Below are positions 1 through 11,276 of a stretch of 64,000 nucleotides of DNA, piece after piece. Under the pieces are notes generated by a model. It was not told the origin of the DNA and did not search any database. It saw nothing but the letters and a program-made list of their open reading frames with translations. Positions within the stretch are counted from its first letter, which is position 1. Each line of letters starts with the position of its first letter. Origin of the DNA: an uncultured delta proteobacterium (GTDB lineage: Bacteria > Myxococcota_A > Polyangia > Fen-1088); contig CAVYGB010000008.1 in NCBI GenBank assembly GCA_963767925.1, positions 2,112,001 through 2,176,000 of the forward strand. The letters are read 5' to 3'. A program made the translations under genes and the position numbers.

Positions 1-2362
1 CTGCGCAGCGCCAGCGCCTGCCTGATCACCCAGAGCTTGGGCAACCCCTCGTCGGTCCGCCCCAGCACCGCCTCGGCGGTGGCGCCCTCGAGCTCGCGCA
101 GGAGCCGGCGCCGGCGCTCGAAATCCACTGGCCGTCTGTTGTCGGGATCGACGAGGTGCAGATCCCACAGCTCCGTGCCCTGGTAGATGTCCGTCACACC
201 CGGCGCCGTCAGCTTGATCAGCGTCTGGGCCAGGGCATTCTGGCGCCCGGGTCCCACCAGGGCTGCCACCAACCGCTCCAGGATGGCCACGAACTGCGGG
301 TCGCCCAGCGTTCCCCGGACGAAGCGGCCCAGGGCGGTTTCATACTCCTGGTCCGGGCGGGTCCAGGAGGTTCGTTCCTTGCGCTGGAGAGCCGCCTTGA
401 GCAAGTAGGCCTCCGCCCGTTCGGCGTCCAGCGGCCAGGCCCCGACCAACGTCTGGTAGTGGAGGTATTCGATGCCGGCATCGAGCAGGGCCCCGGTGCG
501 ATGGGACGCCGCCTGCGCCTGGAGCGCTCTCACGGTCTCGGCCCAACGCTCGGGGATCTCGGAAAGCAAGGCAAAGGCGCGCGCGAACGTCCTCGCTCCG
601 CTTGGTGTCGTGGGTGGAGCTGGCGAGCAACGCACGCGGGTGGCGGGCCAGCCGGGCGGCGCAAGCACGGTGGAAATCCTCGAGGGGAAACCCGAAGCGG
701 TCGGGAACCCCTCCCACCTCGTTGAGCGCGTACAGACGCCCGAAGGCGTAAGAGGCGGTGTCCTCGACACCCTTGGCCATCACCGGTCCGCTGGCCTGCT
801 GAAAGCGTGCTGTGCCACCAGGTCCGGCTCCCGTTCGTCGCGCCCGCCGCCGAGGAGGATGCTGGCGAGGAAGTCGAAAAGCGCGCCGTCCAGATCGGGA
901 CGCTCTTGCTTGGCGGTGGACACCGCCTCGAGCACCACGCGGCGGTCCTGATCGGTCGGGCCGGCATCCCGGGAGCTCACGTAGGTCCGGTAGACGGAGA
1001 AGCTGGCCAGCGCTTCCCGTAAGCACCTCGTGCACCTCGTGCCGAGAGTAGTCCCGGAAGCGCCGGTTGCCCTCGCACACCGCCAGGAACTGGGCCGTCA
1101 AACGGTTGAGGTCGCTGCCCAAGCAGGTCACCGAGAATGAGCCGCTTGCTCGCCCGGGCCAGCGCGTCGAAGCCGACGGACTGACCCGTGAACTCCGTGT
1201 AGAGCCGGGAGAGCGCCCCCTCGGCCGGGGCGAACACGAAGAGCCCCAGGACCTCGTTGAGGAAGTCGTAACCGGTGTTCCCGTCGACCGGCCAGGTCCC
1301 GGGCAAGCACCTCGCCGCGTTCCAGGATCTTCTCCACAAGGATCCAAGGCCCGGGGTGCGATCTGGCGCAACCGTTGCACTTAGGCGCCGGGATCGGCCA
1401 GCCCGTCGATGTGATCGACGCGAACGCCATCGATCACTCCCTCGGCCATCCAGCGCCCGGGCAGGGCGTGGGTAGCCTGGAACACCCGCTCGTCCTCCAC
1501 CCGCAGCCACCAGCGAATTGATGTCGAAAAAGCGCCGGTAGCCCAGGTCTCGCGCCGCCGTACGCCAGTAGGCCAGGCGACAGTTCTGCTGGCCCAGGAA
1601 GGCGTCCAGCGCGTCGGGGTCCAGATTCAGGGCGGTTATCTCCTCGTCGACCGCGGCGGCTACGCTCGGGTTCTCGGCGAGCAGGCGGCCGAGCTGACCG
1701 CGCAACACCTCCTTGTCCCGATGGCGGCGGCGCAGGCTGGCCTCGGCCAGATCGGTGGGCAGCGGCAGATCTGCCAGGGCGTCGGCGACGAAAGCGAGGT
1801 CGGCCGATCCGCAGCGTCGGGCGGCCCGCGCCAGCGGGACGGCCAGCGAGCGCGGCGCGACCGGGACGGTGTGCTCGTGGTACCGGACGGTGAAGCTGCC
1901 TCCGTCACGAATCACGCGAATCTCGCCTGCGTCGATGAGCCGCCCGGCGTGGTCGCCCAGCACGGGAAGCAGCACCTTGTTGCGCAGGCGCTCCTCGGGT
2001 GGCGCCCATTCGACGTCGAAGAAGTGGGCGAACAAGCTGGCCGGGCCGTTTTCCAGGACGTCCCACCACCAGGGGTTGCTTGCGCCGATGGCCATGTGGT
2101 TGGGGACGATGTCGAGCAGCTGGCCGAGCGCGTTTTCACCCAGCCGGCGGCACAGGCGGGCGTGCGCCTCGGGGCCGCCCAGATCGGCGCTCACCTTCTG
2201 CGGATCGACGACGTCGTAGCCGTGGGCGCTCCCCGGCATCGCCTGGAGCACCGGCGAAAGATAGACGTGGCTGCAGCCGAGGTCGCGGAGGTATTCCGCG
2301 ACCGCCGCGGCCTCGTCGAAGCCGAACTCCGCCCGTAGCTGCAAGCGATAGGTCGCCCTTGG
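1..2362 (-). pseudogene. treY: Malto-oligosyltrehalose synthase (GH13), multiply frameshifted; 3' end runs off the window
   Basis: N-terminal [64 protein letters not shown] and PGVTDIYQGTELWDLHLVDPDNRRPVD motifs are spread over different frames. Frameshifts may be sequencing errors. Confidence 0.92.
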
Positions 2363-2465
2363 CGCTGGTCGCCGGTCGGGCTCGGCTGCGTTTCGAGTGG
2401 CGTCCGGCCGATCGTGCGGTTCAGGTGGTCGGATTTGTCACTCCGGGGATGATATCTTGCGAGTG

Positions 2466-2984
2466 ATGTTCAAACGAGTCCTGGTGGCGACCGACTTGCA
2501 GCGCCAGTCGCTGGTCGCCCTGCGCATGGCGAGCGCCCTGTCGCACGCCCACCGGGCCGGTCTGGTGGCCTTGCACGTGATCCCCATGCCCGCCGAGCTG
2601 CGGCGCTGGGGCGACACCCTCTTCCGGAACGAGCTGGCGGCCTACAAGCAGATCGTTGACCGCCAGGCGGCATCGGCCCGCATCGACCTGGAGGCCCAGA
2701 TGAGCCGCCTGGCCCGCAGAGCCAGGCGGCCACTGCACTGTCTGGTGCGGGTGGGAAGTCCCGCGGAGGTCATCGTCGCGACCGCCGACGAGGTCGGCGC
2801 CGACCTCATCATCATGGCCCGAGGGCGAGGCGGAATCCTGGGCCCGAACACCGAGCGACTGGTACGGATGGCAGGCCGGGCCGTGCTGGTGGCCCCCGTG
2901 CGCCTGCCCCCGGGTGCGGCTTCCAGCGAGCGGCTGGCCCCGCCCCGAAAACGCCCCGGCCGCACCCTGGCACCACGCGCCTGA
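2466..2984 (+). CDS. Universal stress protein (single USP domain)
   Basis: FKRVLVATD start; GSPAEVIVATADEVGADLIIMARG...LGPNTERLVR..AVLV. Confidence 0.85.
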   Translation: MFKRVLVATDLQRQSLVALRMASALSHAHRAGLVALHVIPMPAELRRWGDTLFRNELAAYKQIVDRQAASARIDLEAQMSRLARRARRPLHCLVRVGSPAEVIVATADEVGADLIIMARGRGGILGPNTERLVRMAGRAVLVAPVRLPPGAASSERLAPPRKRPGRTLAPRA

Positions 2985-3001
2985 AAGGAGCGAGCTCGAC
3001 C

Positions 3002-4132
3002 ATGCCCGTCCCGTTCAAACCATCGCCTACCCAGAGCCTCGGGGTGGAGCTCGAGCTCCAGATCCTCGACCCGGATAGCCATGATCTGGTGCCCGAGGCG
3101 GGCCGCCTGCTCGGACGGATCGGGTCCGGACCTTCGATCAAGCCCGAGATATTCCGGTCCATGATCGAGATCTCGACCGGGATCTGCGACACATTCGCCG
3201 AGGTCCAGCACGATCTCGAGAGCGCTTTCGGGACGTTGCGTTCGGTGGCCCGGGATTGCGGCGTGGTTCTGTCCGGCGGCGGCTCGCACCCTTTCGCCCG
3301 TTACCGTGACCGCCTCTCCTTCCCGAGCGAACGCTATGACGCGCTCATGCAGCAAAAGCAGTGGATCGCCCGTCGCCTGCTGATCTTCGGCCTTCACGTG
3401 CATGTGGGTATGCGCGACGGGGACCACGCCATCGCAATGATGAATGCGGTCCTGCCCTTCGGCGCCCACCTGCTGGCGCTGTCGGCGGCTTCGCCGTTCT
3501 GGGATGGCCTCGACACCGGCCTGGCTTCCGCCCGGTCGACCGTGTTCGCGGCCATGCCGACCGCCGGCGTGCCGCCGGCGCTCGGGTCCTGGCAGCAGTT
3601 CGAACAACTTCACGACCGCATGATCGCCACGGGAAGCATCGAATCGATCAAAGACCTCTGGTGGGACGTCCGCCCCCAGCCCGACCTCGGCACCATCGAG
3701 CTGCGGATGTGCGACACGCCGGCTACCCTGGTCGAGACCTTCGCGCTGGTGGCCGTGGTCCAGGCGCTGCTGGCCTGGGCCGACGATCGCTACCGGGCGG
3801 GCGAGCGCTTTCCGGCGCCTGATCCCTGGTGGCTCCGGGAGAACAAGTGGCGAGTCGCCCGATCGGGCCTCCAGGCCGAGATCGTCCTGGAGGATGGCCG
3901 CCGGACCGCCCCCGTGGCCGACGAGATAGCCGGTCTGCTTGCAACTCTCGAGTCCCATGCCCGCCGGCTGGGGGGCGGTCAGGGCCTGCAAACTGCCAGT
4001 GGTATTCTGCGATCTGGCCCGGGCTACATGCGCCAGCGCCGCGTCTTCGAGCGCGAGCGCTCCCTGCCGGCCGTGGCCGCGGCGCTCGTCCGAGAGCTGG
4101 AGCTCAACGCGCCCCTGCCCGGATCCCCTTGA
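3002..4132 (+). CDS. ybdK: YbdK-family carboxylate-amine ligase (GCS2 glutamate--cysteine ligase-like)
   Basis: SLGVELELQILD, FGLHVHVG, ALSAASPFW.G.DTG, WWDVRP, GTIELR.CD, ENKWR.AR.G. Confidence 0.9.
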   Translation: MPVPFKPSPTQSLGVELELQILDPDSHDLVPEAGRLLGRIGSGPSIKPEIFRSMIEISTGICDTFAEVQHDLESAFGTLRSVARDCGVVLSGGGSHPFARYRDRLSFPSERYDALMQQKQWIARRLLIFGLHVHVGMRDGDHAIAMMNAVLPFGAHLLALSAASPFWDGLDTGLASARSTVFAAMPTAGVPPALGSWQQFEQLHDRMIATGSIESIKDLWWDVRPQPDLGTIELRMCDTPATLVETFALVAVVQALLAWADDRYRAGERFPAPDPWWLRENKWRVARSGLQAEIVLEDGRRTAPVADEIAGLLATLESHARRLGGGQGLQTASGILRSGPGYMRQRRVFERERSLPAVAAALVRELELNAPLPGSP

Positions 4133-4312
4133 CGCTGCCTCGGATCGCCCTCCGCGAAGCGGTCGGACCCGGAGCGATGAGATGCCCGCGCCGCACAGCC
4201 GAGCCGGCAAGGAGCGGAGCTTGATACGCCGTGCCAGGATCACCGAAACAACGTGGACGCCATCCCGTGGCTGGTTCCAGGCGATTCGCGAGCCTCACGG
4301 GCGGCGCCGCCT

Positions 4313-7261
4313 TCAAGGCTCACGGCGCGTCCCCCAGACCTCGAGCTCTGCCACCGAGACGAAGCGAGCAACCCCGCCGGGCCGCCCCACGAGCCTGATG
4401 CCGTCTCCCACTGTCGGCTCGAAATCGAATACGAAGGTCTCCCAGGAGGCGCCGTTCGACCCCGCGTAGCCCGGCCGGCTTCGCAGACCGCTGACCGGCA
4501 CCCAGCGGCCGTCTCGTCGCACCTCCACGCTCAAGCTGTCGAAGAACCCTCCGTCCGGAAGCAGCGCGCCCTCCTGGAACACCAGCCGGGCGAAGGTGTA
4601 CACCTCTCTGAATCCATATCCGATGTACCCGTCCTCGCCCAGCGGCGGAGCCATGTTTCGCGTGACGTACTGCTGGGCTGCGCCCCCGGTCTGAGCATCA
4701 GGACGGACTCCGTCGCGAATGACCTCCCGTCCGTCGCGTTCCTCGCCAGTTCGCCCCGACCCATGGACGATGATTTCACGAGCACGCCGTTGCAGCTGCC
4801 TCAAGGGCAACGAGCCGAAGAAGGCTCGGTGTATCGCCTGGTCCGGGCCCACCATCAGACCGTGGCTCTGCCCGCCCCCGTCCGACCAGCGGGAGAAGGG
4901 ATGCGCGATCGCTCCGGACACCTGCGACGGAGCGCTCACCGAGTTGGTGGATCCCACGATGACCGTTCGCGAAAAGGGGGTCCGTTCGAACTCGCCGTTC
5001 CACGCCAGCTGGAGCCCGGCTGGCCGCGAGTCGAGGGTCACCACCGCCGTGCGAGGCCTGAGCACCGTCGACGCGGTCGCCTTCAAGCCGTCCTCGTTCA
5101 CAGCGCTCAGGACCACGACGAGATGCATCGGGTATTCGTGGTCTGGAGCCTGGAACGAGAGGGTTGCCTGTCCGGTAACCGTCAGCATCGGGTGCTCATG
5201 GCAGGCATCCGGGCAGTGCTCGAGGATCACGGACCAGGTCAGCGCTGACTCCGGAAGCACACCACCATCGCCGTCCTCCGCCGCTCCAGACAGCGAAATC
5301 CGATCACCAACCTTCCACGCCAACCGCTCGGCCTGTTCAATCCTGACCGAAGGCAGGGTGTGACCGGGCCACACGGTCTCCTGGACAGTGGCGCTCGCAC
5401 CTTTCGAGTCCGTCACCTTGAGACGCGCGAGGACCGGCCCCCGGCTCCGGTATGTGTAACTCACCCGCCGGCCGTGGCCATCGCCGAACCGGCCGTCGCC
5501 GTCGAGGTCCCAATCGTGTGTCAGTGTCTGGTCGCGGTCCGGGTCGGTCGAGTCCTTGGCGTCGAAGGTGATCGTGAGCGGGAGCGGACCCACCCGCGGG
5601 CTGGCCTGGATCTTCGCCATCGGCGGATGGTTCCCGGCGCCATGTTCGATCCGGCGGATGCTTCCGCCGAGATCGACGTAGTAGAGGTCCCCTTCCGGAC
5701 CGATCTGGAGCTGAACGGGCTGAGCGGCCCCCGCCCAGAATGCCCGGACCGCCTGCGAATCGGGGGAGATCAGCGCGCCACGCGGAAGGACCCATATGCA
5801 GCCACGCGCATAGTCCGAGAAGAAGAGCGCGCCTTCGTACTCCGCCGGGTAAGCCCCCCGCTCGTAAAAGGCCAGGCCCGAGAGCGCCGAACCGTTCTGG
5901 ATGTCGCAGCCATCGCCAGGTACGAGCTCGGTCCAGTGCCGGTAGGACAGGACCGGTGGCGCATGTTCCGACGGGTGAGAATAGAGCTTCGAGCAGATGT
6001 CGAGCCCGGCGGCTTGGTACCCGGGCTGTGGTTCCCGACCCTCGAAACACGGCCATCCAAAATTCGTGACCCGAGCGACGCTCACGTCGCCGATCCGATT
6101 CAGTTCCTCCGAGGAGGTCCACCCCACGTCCCCGATCCATAGCTCCCTGCTGCCGGGGCGGAACGCCATGCGGAACGGATTCCTGAGGCCGGCCGCCACA
6201 ACGGGAGGAGGCCCGGGCGTGTCGTGATGATCGGCCAGGTGGCTGGGCGGATGGGGGTCTATGCGAATGACCTTCCCGGCGAAGGAAGCCGCGAACGGCA
6301 TCGGCGCTGGCGGTGGCGTGACGATCTGGGATCGAAGCGCTCCGCCCATCGCGCCTGGCGGTTTCTGACCGGTGCTCGAGCGATCCGGTGGCTCGCCGAG
6401 CGCGTTGCCGCCGATGTTCCCATAATCCACCTTGTCGAAGCTCGCACCGTCGCCTGCAGACGCGTAGAGCAAGCCGTCGGGACCGAACGCCAAGCTGCCG
6501 ATCGAATGGCTCATGTACTGCTGAAGCCAGTTCTCCACGAGGATGGTCTCGCTCTGCTCGGTCTCCAGCTGGTCCCCGGCCACCGTGAGCCTGACCAGGC
6601 GTCCTGCGACCACGCAGCCTGCCTGCCACTCGTCCGGGCATCCGTCGTGATAGCGAGGAATCGTACCCGCGGCGACCGACTCGCCCAGCCGGCCGTCCAG
6701 CGTGTACAGGGCATAAAGGTAGGGACGCTCGGGAAACCCCGGATCGAGCTCGATATCGAGCAGCCCACGGTCGCCCCCGGCGTGCGTCTGGCGGCGGAGA
6801 TCCGCCACCACGGTCGACGTGGTGTCCGCGAGCGACTCGAATACCTTGATGACCCCCGTCTTTTCCCCAACGAAGACCCGCCCATCCTGGGCGAACCGCA
6901 GGGCGGTCGGGTAAGCCAGATCGGTGAAGACGATTTTCTCGACGAACCCGCGCTGCAGGCCCGTCACGGGAGGTCCCCCGCTGGCCTCGCCGACGTCGAC
7001 CGCGCCCACCTCCACCACTGAGCCATCGGCCGACTCGTCGTGCGAAAGAGCACCGTCCGGGTCGGCAACCCGGGCGGTGCCGTCGCTGCAGCCGAGAGCT
7101 CCGACGAGCCAAAGCGATAGAGTCAGTCGCGAAAGCAGAACCTGCCTCTTGCACCGATTCAAGACACCGGTCGGCGACCGCCACTCGGGCGGGTCGGCTC
7201 TGCGCTGATTCGGGGAGCGGTCGAGTGCCTTTGCAATGAAACCATCTCGTTGAACGGCCAT
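4313..7261 (-). CDS. PQQ-dependent sugar dehydrogenase (GSDH beta-propeller) with PKD domain, probable lipoprotein; start uncertain
   Basis: GDRGLLDIELDP, HSIGSLAFGPDG.LY.SAGDG, GLRNPFR, IGDVGW...EELN; PKD-like FDAKDSTDPD..WDLDGDG; lipobox-like GALGC. Confidence 0.8.
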   Translation of the reverse strand: MAVQRDGFIAKALDRSPNQRRADPPEWRSPTGVLNRCKRQVLLSRLTLSLWLVGALGCSDGTARVADPDGALSHDESADGSVVEVGAVDVGEASGGPPVTGLQRGFVEKIVFTDLAYPTALRFAQDGRVFVGEKTGVIKVFESLADTTSTVVADLRRQTHAGGDRGLLDIELDPGFPERPYLYALYTLDGRLGESVAAGTIPRYHDGCPDEWQAGCVVAGRLVRLTVAGDQLETEQSETILVENWLQQYMSHSIGSLAFGPDGLLYASAGDGASFDKVDYGNIGGNALGEPPDRSSTGQKPPGAMGGALRSQIVTPPPAPMPFAASFAGKVIRIDPHPPSHLADHHDTPGPPPVVAAGLRNPFRMAFRPGSRELWIGDVGWTSSEELNRIGDVSVARVTNFGWPCFEGREPQPGYQAAGLDICSKLYSHPSEHAPPVLSYRHWTELVPGDGCDIQNGSALSGLAFYERGAYPAEYEGALFFSDYARGCIWVLPRGALISPDSQAVRAFWAGAAQPVQLQIGPEGDLYYVDLGGSIRRIEHGAGNHPPMAKIQASPRVGPLPLTITFDAKDSTDPDRDQTLTHDWDLDGDGRFGDGHGRRVSYTYRSRGPVLARLKVTDSKGASATVQETVWPGHTLPSVRIEQAERLAWKVGDRISLSGAAEDGDGGVLPESALTWSVILEHCPDACHEHPMLTVTGQATLSFQAPDHEYPMHLVVVLSAVNEDGLKATASTVLRPRTAVVTLDSRPAGLQLAWNGEFERTPFSRTVIVGSTNSVSAPSQVSGAIAHPFSRWSDGGGQSHGLMVGPDQAIHRAFFGSLPLRQLQRRAREIIVHGSGRTGEERDGREVIRDGVRPDAQTGGAAQQYVTRNMAPPLGEDGYIGYGFREVYTFARLVFQEGALLPDGGFFDSLSVEVRRDGRWVPVSGLRSRPGYAGSNGASWETFVFDFEPTVGDGIRLVGRPGGVARFVSVAELEVWGTRREP

Positions 7262-7622
7262 GTGTGAAGGCTCCGCTCGGGTGCATCCACTGTGCCGACG
7301 AGCCGGGGGCTGCGAGCAGCAACAACAAGTTCGACATCTGCAAGACCCTCCCGATTCTCCGAGCAGGTTCAGCGGACTGAGGCAGGGCAGGCGACGGGCT
7401 CTGGAAGGCGCGTCGCAAGCGGAGCAGAAAAGCCCCGCCCCGGAAGGCCGCCGGCTGTCTGGCGATCTGCAGGATGACTCAGGCATAGCGCCACACCGGC
7501 CGAGCCGCATAGCGGGCGTTGCAGGGTCTTCCGCGGAATGGCCAGGTGCACGTTCCGAGATCGATTGGGCCTCCCGGCCAAGGCCCCCTCACGAACTACA
7601 GTCCCATGGGCGGTTTCTGGCC

Positions 7623-7637
7623 TGGCATCGCCCTTGA
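7623..7637 (+). promoter_or_regulatory. Possible sigma54 (-24/-12) promoter
   Basis: TGGCATC-GCCC-TTGA, 18 nt before ATG 7656; -12 is GA rather than GC. Confidence 0.35.
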
Positions 7638-7655
7638 GTCTTCAAAGCCCGCTCG

Positions 7656-7989
7656 ATGGACCAGTCGACTCGCGACGACGCGCCGGGGCCGCGTTCCTTC
7701 GGCTCCGAGCGGGCAGGACGGCGCGTGCTGGTGTTCGCGCTCGCGGTGCTCGCGTGCCAGATCATCTTGCCGCTGAGCTACTACCTGCGCGACGACCCGT
7801 ACGACGAGCGCTTCGCGTGGCGCATGTTCTCCGCCGAGCGAATGCACATCTGCAGCACCAAGGCGATCGAGATCGTGGCGGCCGGCGGAGGCAAGCGCGT
7901 GCGGCCGCTCCCGCTCCGAGCCACGCTCCATCAGGCCTGGCTCACCCATATCAAGCGCAACCGCCGGCCCGTCGTCCATGGCTTCCCCG
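7656..7989 (+). pseudogene. HTTM-partner-type membrane protein, truncated by IS remnant
   Basis: One TM helix then DDPYDERFAWRMFS; reading frame runs directly into transposase sequence at about 7990. Confidence 0.5.
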
Positions 7990-8506
7990 CAGTTCAAGAC
8001 GCTGAAGTACCGGCCATATTTCCCCGACGCGTTCGATTCATTCAGCATGCACGCGCCTTCCTGCACGACTTCTTCCGCTGGTACAATTTCGAGCACCATC
8101 ACTCAGGCCTGGCACTCTTCACGCCCGCCGACGTGCACATGGGGCACAGGGGGGTAGACGAGGTCATCACCCGCAGGCAAGGCCGCGCTCGATGAGATCT
8201 TCGCCGCCCACCTGGAGCGATTTCCCAACGGCAGTCCAGTCGCCAAACGCCCCCCCGACGCAGCCTGGATCAACCAGCCCCAGACTGTTCCCGCCTCCCA
8301 TAGCGGCAAGCCTGGCGGGGAGAGCGCAGGGGCGGTCAATGTCGGCGCAGTCGCCGAGCACCTTGGCGAGGGGAACATTGACGGCCCCGAGCACTCCCCG
8401 ATGATCGACTCCCACGGGGGCGGGTGCGCGGATCTGCCGCCCCAGGAGGTTGCCCTCAAACCGTAATTTCAAGCACGGGCTGTCTCGTTCTTGTTGACAG
8501 ATTCCG
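7990..8506 (+). mobile_element. IS3-family transposase C-terminal remnant with right end
   Basis: QFKTLKYRPYFP../..HARAFLHDFFRWYNFEHHHSGLALFTPADVH../..AAHLERFPNG..AWINQP over shifted frames; ends TGTCTCGTTCTTGTTGACAGATTCCG; no left end or DDE N-terminus seen. Confidence 0.8.
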
Positions 8507-8872
8507 CTTCTTCTTCACGCCGGTGGCTCCGGCGCGGCCATACCTCGTGACACGGGGCCTCCTCTTCCTGCTCGCCTTCGACTGCTGGCTCGGCCTCGCG
8601 GCTCGCGCGGATACTACGACGGCGCCTTCAACGTCGCGCACTTCGTCTGGCTAGACGCGTTCCAGCCGGCACCCAGCCCCGCGGTCTACCTGACGCTCGT
8701 GCTCGGCGCCGGGCTGCTCGCGTTCGTGATGGCGCTCAGCCAGCCGTCGCGCCTCGGGATGGCCATTCTGCTCGCAGCGTACACATACGCTTGGCTGATG
8801 AGCATGCTGGACAACTACCAGCACCATTACCTGATGTCGCTGTTCCTCTTCACGCTCATCTTCGCGCCGCAC
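8507..8872 (+). pseudogene. HTTM-domain (vitamin K-dependent carboxylase-like) membrane protein fragment
   Basis: FFFTPVAPARP..RGLL, FNVAHFVWLD, YAWLMSMLDNYQHHYL; frameshifted and truncated. Confidence 0.65.
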
Positions 8873-9254
8873 CGAACTGGCGTGGGCGCAATGCCTTCGC
8901 TCAGAGCACGCCCGACCAGCGACAGTAGCGCCCCCGGCGAACAAGGCTTGGCAGAGAATACGGGGTGCCGACCTCGGCCGCGATCGCTTCGAGACCAACC
9001 GCTCCCGAGACCAGGACGATGGGAACCAGTTCCAGGCCGCAGTCCCTGAGGAGCAACGCCATCGCCATGCCGGGGCCCCGCAAGATGGGCATCTCCACAT
9101 CGAGCACGACCAGATCGGGCATTCTCTCCCCCAGCCTGGCGAGGCCCACCTCGCCATTGTGCGCAACCCGCACAACGTGCCCGTAGTTCTGCAGCACCTC
9201 AGCCACGACCTCGGCGAGGTTCCGATCATCGTCGACGACAAGAAGATCCGCCAC
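8870..9254 (-). CDS. Single-domain response regulator, frameshift near 3' end (end approximate)
   Basis: LLVVDDD, PDLVVLDVEMP, IVLVSG; the conserved KP motif (AKPCSPGALL) lies in another frame after about 8950. Confidence 0.8.
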
Positions 9255-9266
9255 GACCGGCGACCC

Positions 9267-10691
9267 TCATTGCGACGCCCCGCGGGCCGGTGCCGGCAGA
9301 TCAAGGCGGGGTTCCCAGACCCGATGTTGTCCTTCCACCGTCGGCAGACAGACCCGGAACGTCGAGCCTCGCTGCGGCGTGCTTTCGACGGTTATCGATC
9401 CGCCGTGCGACTCGACGATACGCCGCGCCACGAAGAGACCCAGGCCCACTCCGGCGATCGACTCCTGCGACGTACCGGTTCGGCGGAAGGGCTCGAAAAG
9501 GTGTCCGATGTCCTCAGGCGAGATCCCGATCCCCTGGTCCGAGACCGACACGATCGCCTGATCCGCCATGGACTCCAGCCTCACGTCCACCCGCCCACCC
9601 CGGGGCGAATACTTGATCGCGTTGCTCACCAGGTTGGTGACCACCTGCTCTATTCGGCCGGGATCACAGCGGCTGGCCACTGACTGGTCCGGACACGAAC
9701 AGACGATCTCGTGAAAGGGCGCGGTGGGCGTGAAGAGATCGACCACCGCACGGGTCAGCTCCCGCAGGTCGCAGACCTCGGGCCGCAACTCGAGCGTACC
9801 CGCTTCGATCCGTGCGGCATCCAGGAAGTCCCAAACCATCCGCTCCAGACGGTCGACCTGCCGCTGCACGCGCGACAGGGTCTGTCGAAGCCGCTCTTCC
9901 GAGGGAAGCGGCCGATCGGGCGAAAGGGAAGCACTCGTGATCTTCAGCGCGCCCAGGGGGGTGCGCAGATCGTGCGCCACGCCGGCCAGATAGGCGAGCT
10001 GGTTCCTGGACTGCCTCGTCACACGGGCTGCCAGCTCATTAAAATGGCGCGCAATCAGCCGCAGCTCCGCGGCTCCACGCTCGGGTGCACGCGCCGCCTT
10101 GTCGCCACGGGTGAACCTCTCCACCGCGGCGCTGAGCTCCACGGCCGGACGAAAGGCGGTCGCTCGCAGCCAGGCCATGACTGCCGAGACGCCGATCAAC
10201 GTGACCACGGAGAGAACAATGCCGAGAGCGTTTGCCCACCGATCCCATCTGGCCGCCTTCTTCCGCTCGACTCGACTCTGGGCGACGTTGATCCGGACGA
10301 GCTGTCGAACTCCTTCGAGCGCGCTCGCGAAGTGCCGCTCCAGAGGCCCATCCCCGACCCTCGCAGAAAAATACCTGTCCACACGACGGCTGGTCTCTTC
10401 GAGCAACTCGCCCTCGCCTCGGCTTCCGACATACTGCCGAGCCTCGATGAGAAGTTGCCGAAGGTCAGCCGCCGGGGCTGCGCGCGAGCTCGCATCTTCT
10501 GCGCGCTCATGCGTCAGCAGAGCCAGCTCCATGCCCTGTCCGACGCGAACGCTGTCGAGTGCCTCGGAAAGCGCGTCTGCCACCTTGTGCAAAGCCGCCG
10601 TCAGCAGGATGAGCGACATCGCCGCCCCTATCACGAAAGCCGCCAGAAGCGTGAAAGCAATCGACAGAACCCGTTTCAACTCCACTATCAA
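9267..10691 (-). CDS. HAMP-domain sensor histidine kinase
   Basis: Two TM helices, HAMP, H-box AHDLRTPL, NLVSNAIKYS, DQGIGI, GLGL. Confidence 0.92.
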   Translation of the reverse strand: MIVELKRVLSIAFTLLAAFVIGAAMSLILLTAALHKVADALSEALDSVRVGQGMELALLTHERAEDASSRAAPAADLRQLLIEARQYVGSRGEGELLEETSRRVDRYFSARVGDGPLERHFASALEGVRQLVRINVAQSRVERKKAARWDRWANALGIVLSVVTLIGVSAVMAWLRATAFRPAVELSAAVERFTRGDKAARAPERGAAELRLIARHFNELAARVTRQSRNQLAYLAGVAHDLRTPLGALKITSASLSPDRPLPSEERLRQTLSRVQRQVDRLERMVWDFLDAARIEAGTLELRPEVCDLRELTRAVVDLFTPTAPFHEIVCSCPDQSVASRCDPGRIEQVVTNLVSNAIKYSPRGGRVDVRLESMADQAIVSVSDQGIGISPEDIGHLFEPFRRTGTSQESIAGVGLGLFVARRIVESHGGSITVESTPQRGSTFRVCLPTVEGQHRVWEPRLDLPAPARGASQ

Positions 10692-10840
10692 TGCTCCCAG
10701 GGCTCACAGCTCAACAAGCTGATCACCCGACACTCATCCCGGCAAACAATAGCCGGCTCCTTGCCTGACCACCACGAGATCGTACCCTGGAACCGGGCGG
10801 CCGCCGCTACCGGTGCCCCGATCGGCCTTCGCGTCGACCG

Positions 10841-10984
10841 TCAGTCCGCGGTCGTCGCCACGCTGATCAGGAATATCAAGGAAGTCAGATCGAAGACGCG
10901 GCTCGCGCCGCGCTCGCCCCGCTCGAGACGGCAGGCCAACAGGGCCACCGCAACGACGAGGAAAGCCAGAACATAGAGGATCAT
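10841..10984 (-). CDS. Small hydrophobic protein (47 aa)
   Basis: GAGGT just upstream of ATG; MILYVLAFLVVAVALLAC...LIFLISVATTAD; lies downstream of a sigma54-type promoter. Confidence 0.4.
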   Translation of the reverse strand: MILYVLAFLVVAVALLACRLERGERGASRVFDLTSLIFLISVATTAD

Positions 10985-11234
10985 GCGCACCTCACATTCT
11001 TCGTTCCGAGCCTGTCGCCGCAAGCGCATCCCAGTACGCGAATGCCCGTTCCACGACCGACCCCAACTGAGCGGATCGAGTTGGACACCGTGACCGCCAT
11101 CCCGCGGGCAAATCGGGCAGGCGACCATCTCGAGTGGGAGACCCAACCGAGTGGCGCCCGGGCCGTTGCCAGCCCTGCGCCCCGCCATTCGCCCCGTCAC
11201 GGTGCCCAGCTCGATCCGCACGCCCCGTACGACC

Positions 11235-11249
11235 GCAAGCTTCGTGCCG
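11235..11249 (-). promoter_or_regulatory. sigma54 (-24/-12) promoter
   Basis: CGGCACG-AAGC-TTGC on the minus strand, near-perfect match to TGGCACG-N4-TTGC. Confidence 0.7.
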
Positions 11250-11276
11250 AGGGGCCGAAGCCGGCCCCGGGCCGTC

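Noticed and set aside
4222..4236. TGGCACG on the minus strand as a sigma54 promoter
   Set aside because: -12 position reads ATCA, and it points into the 3' end of ybdK.
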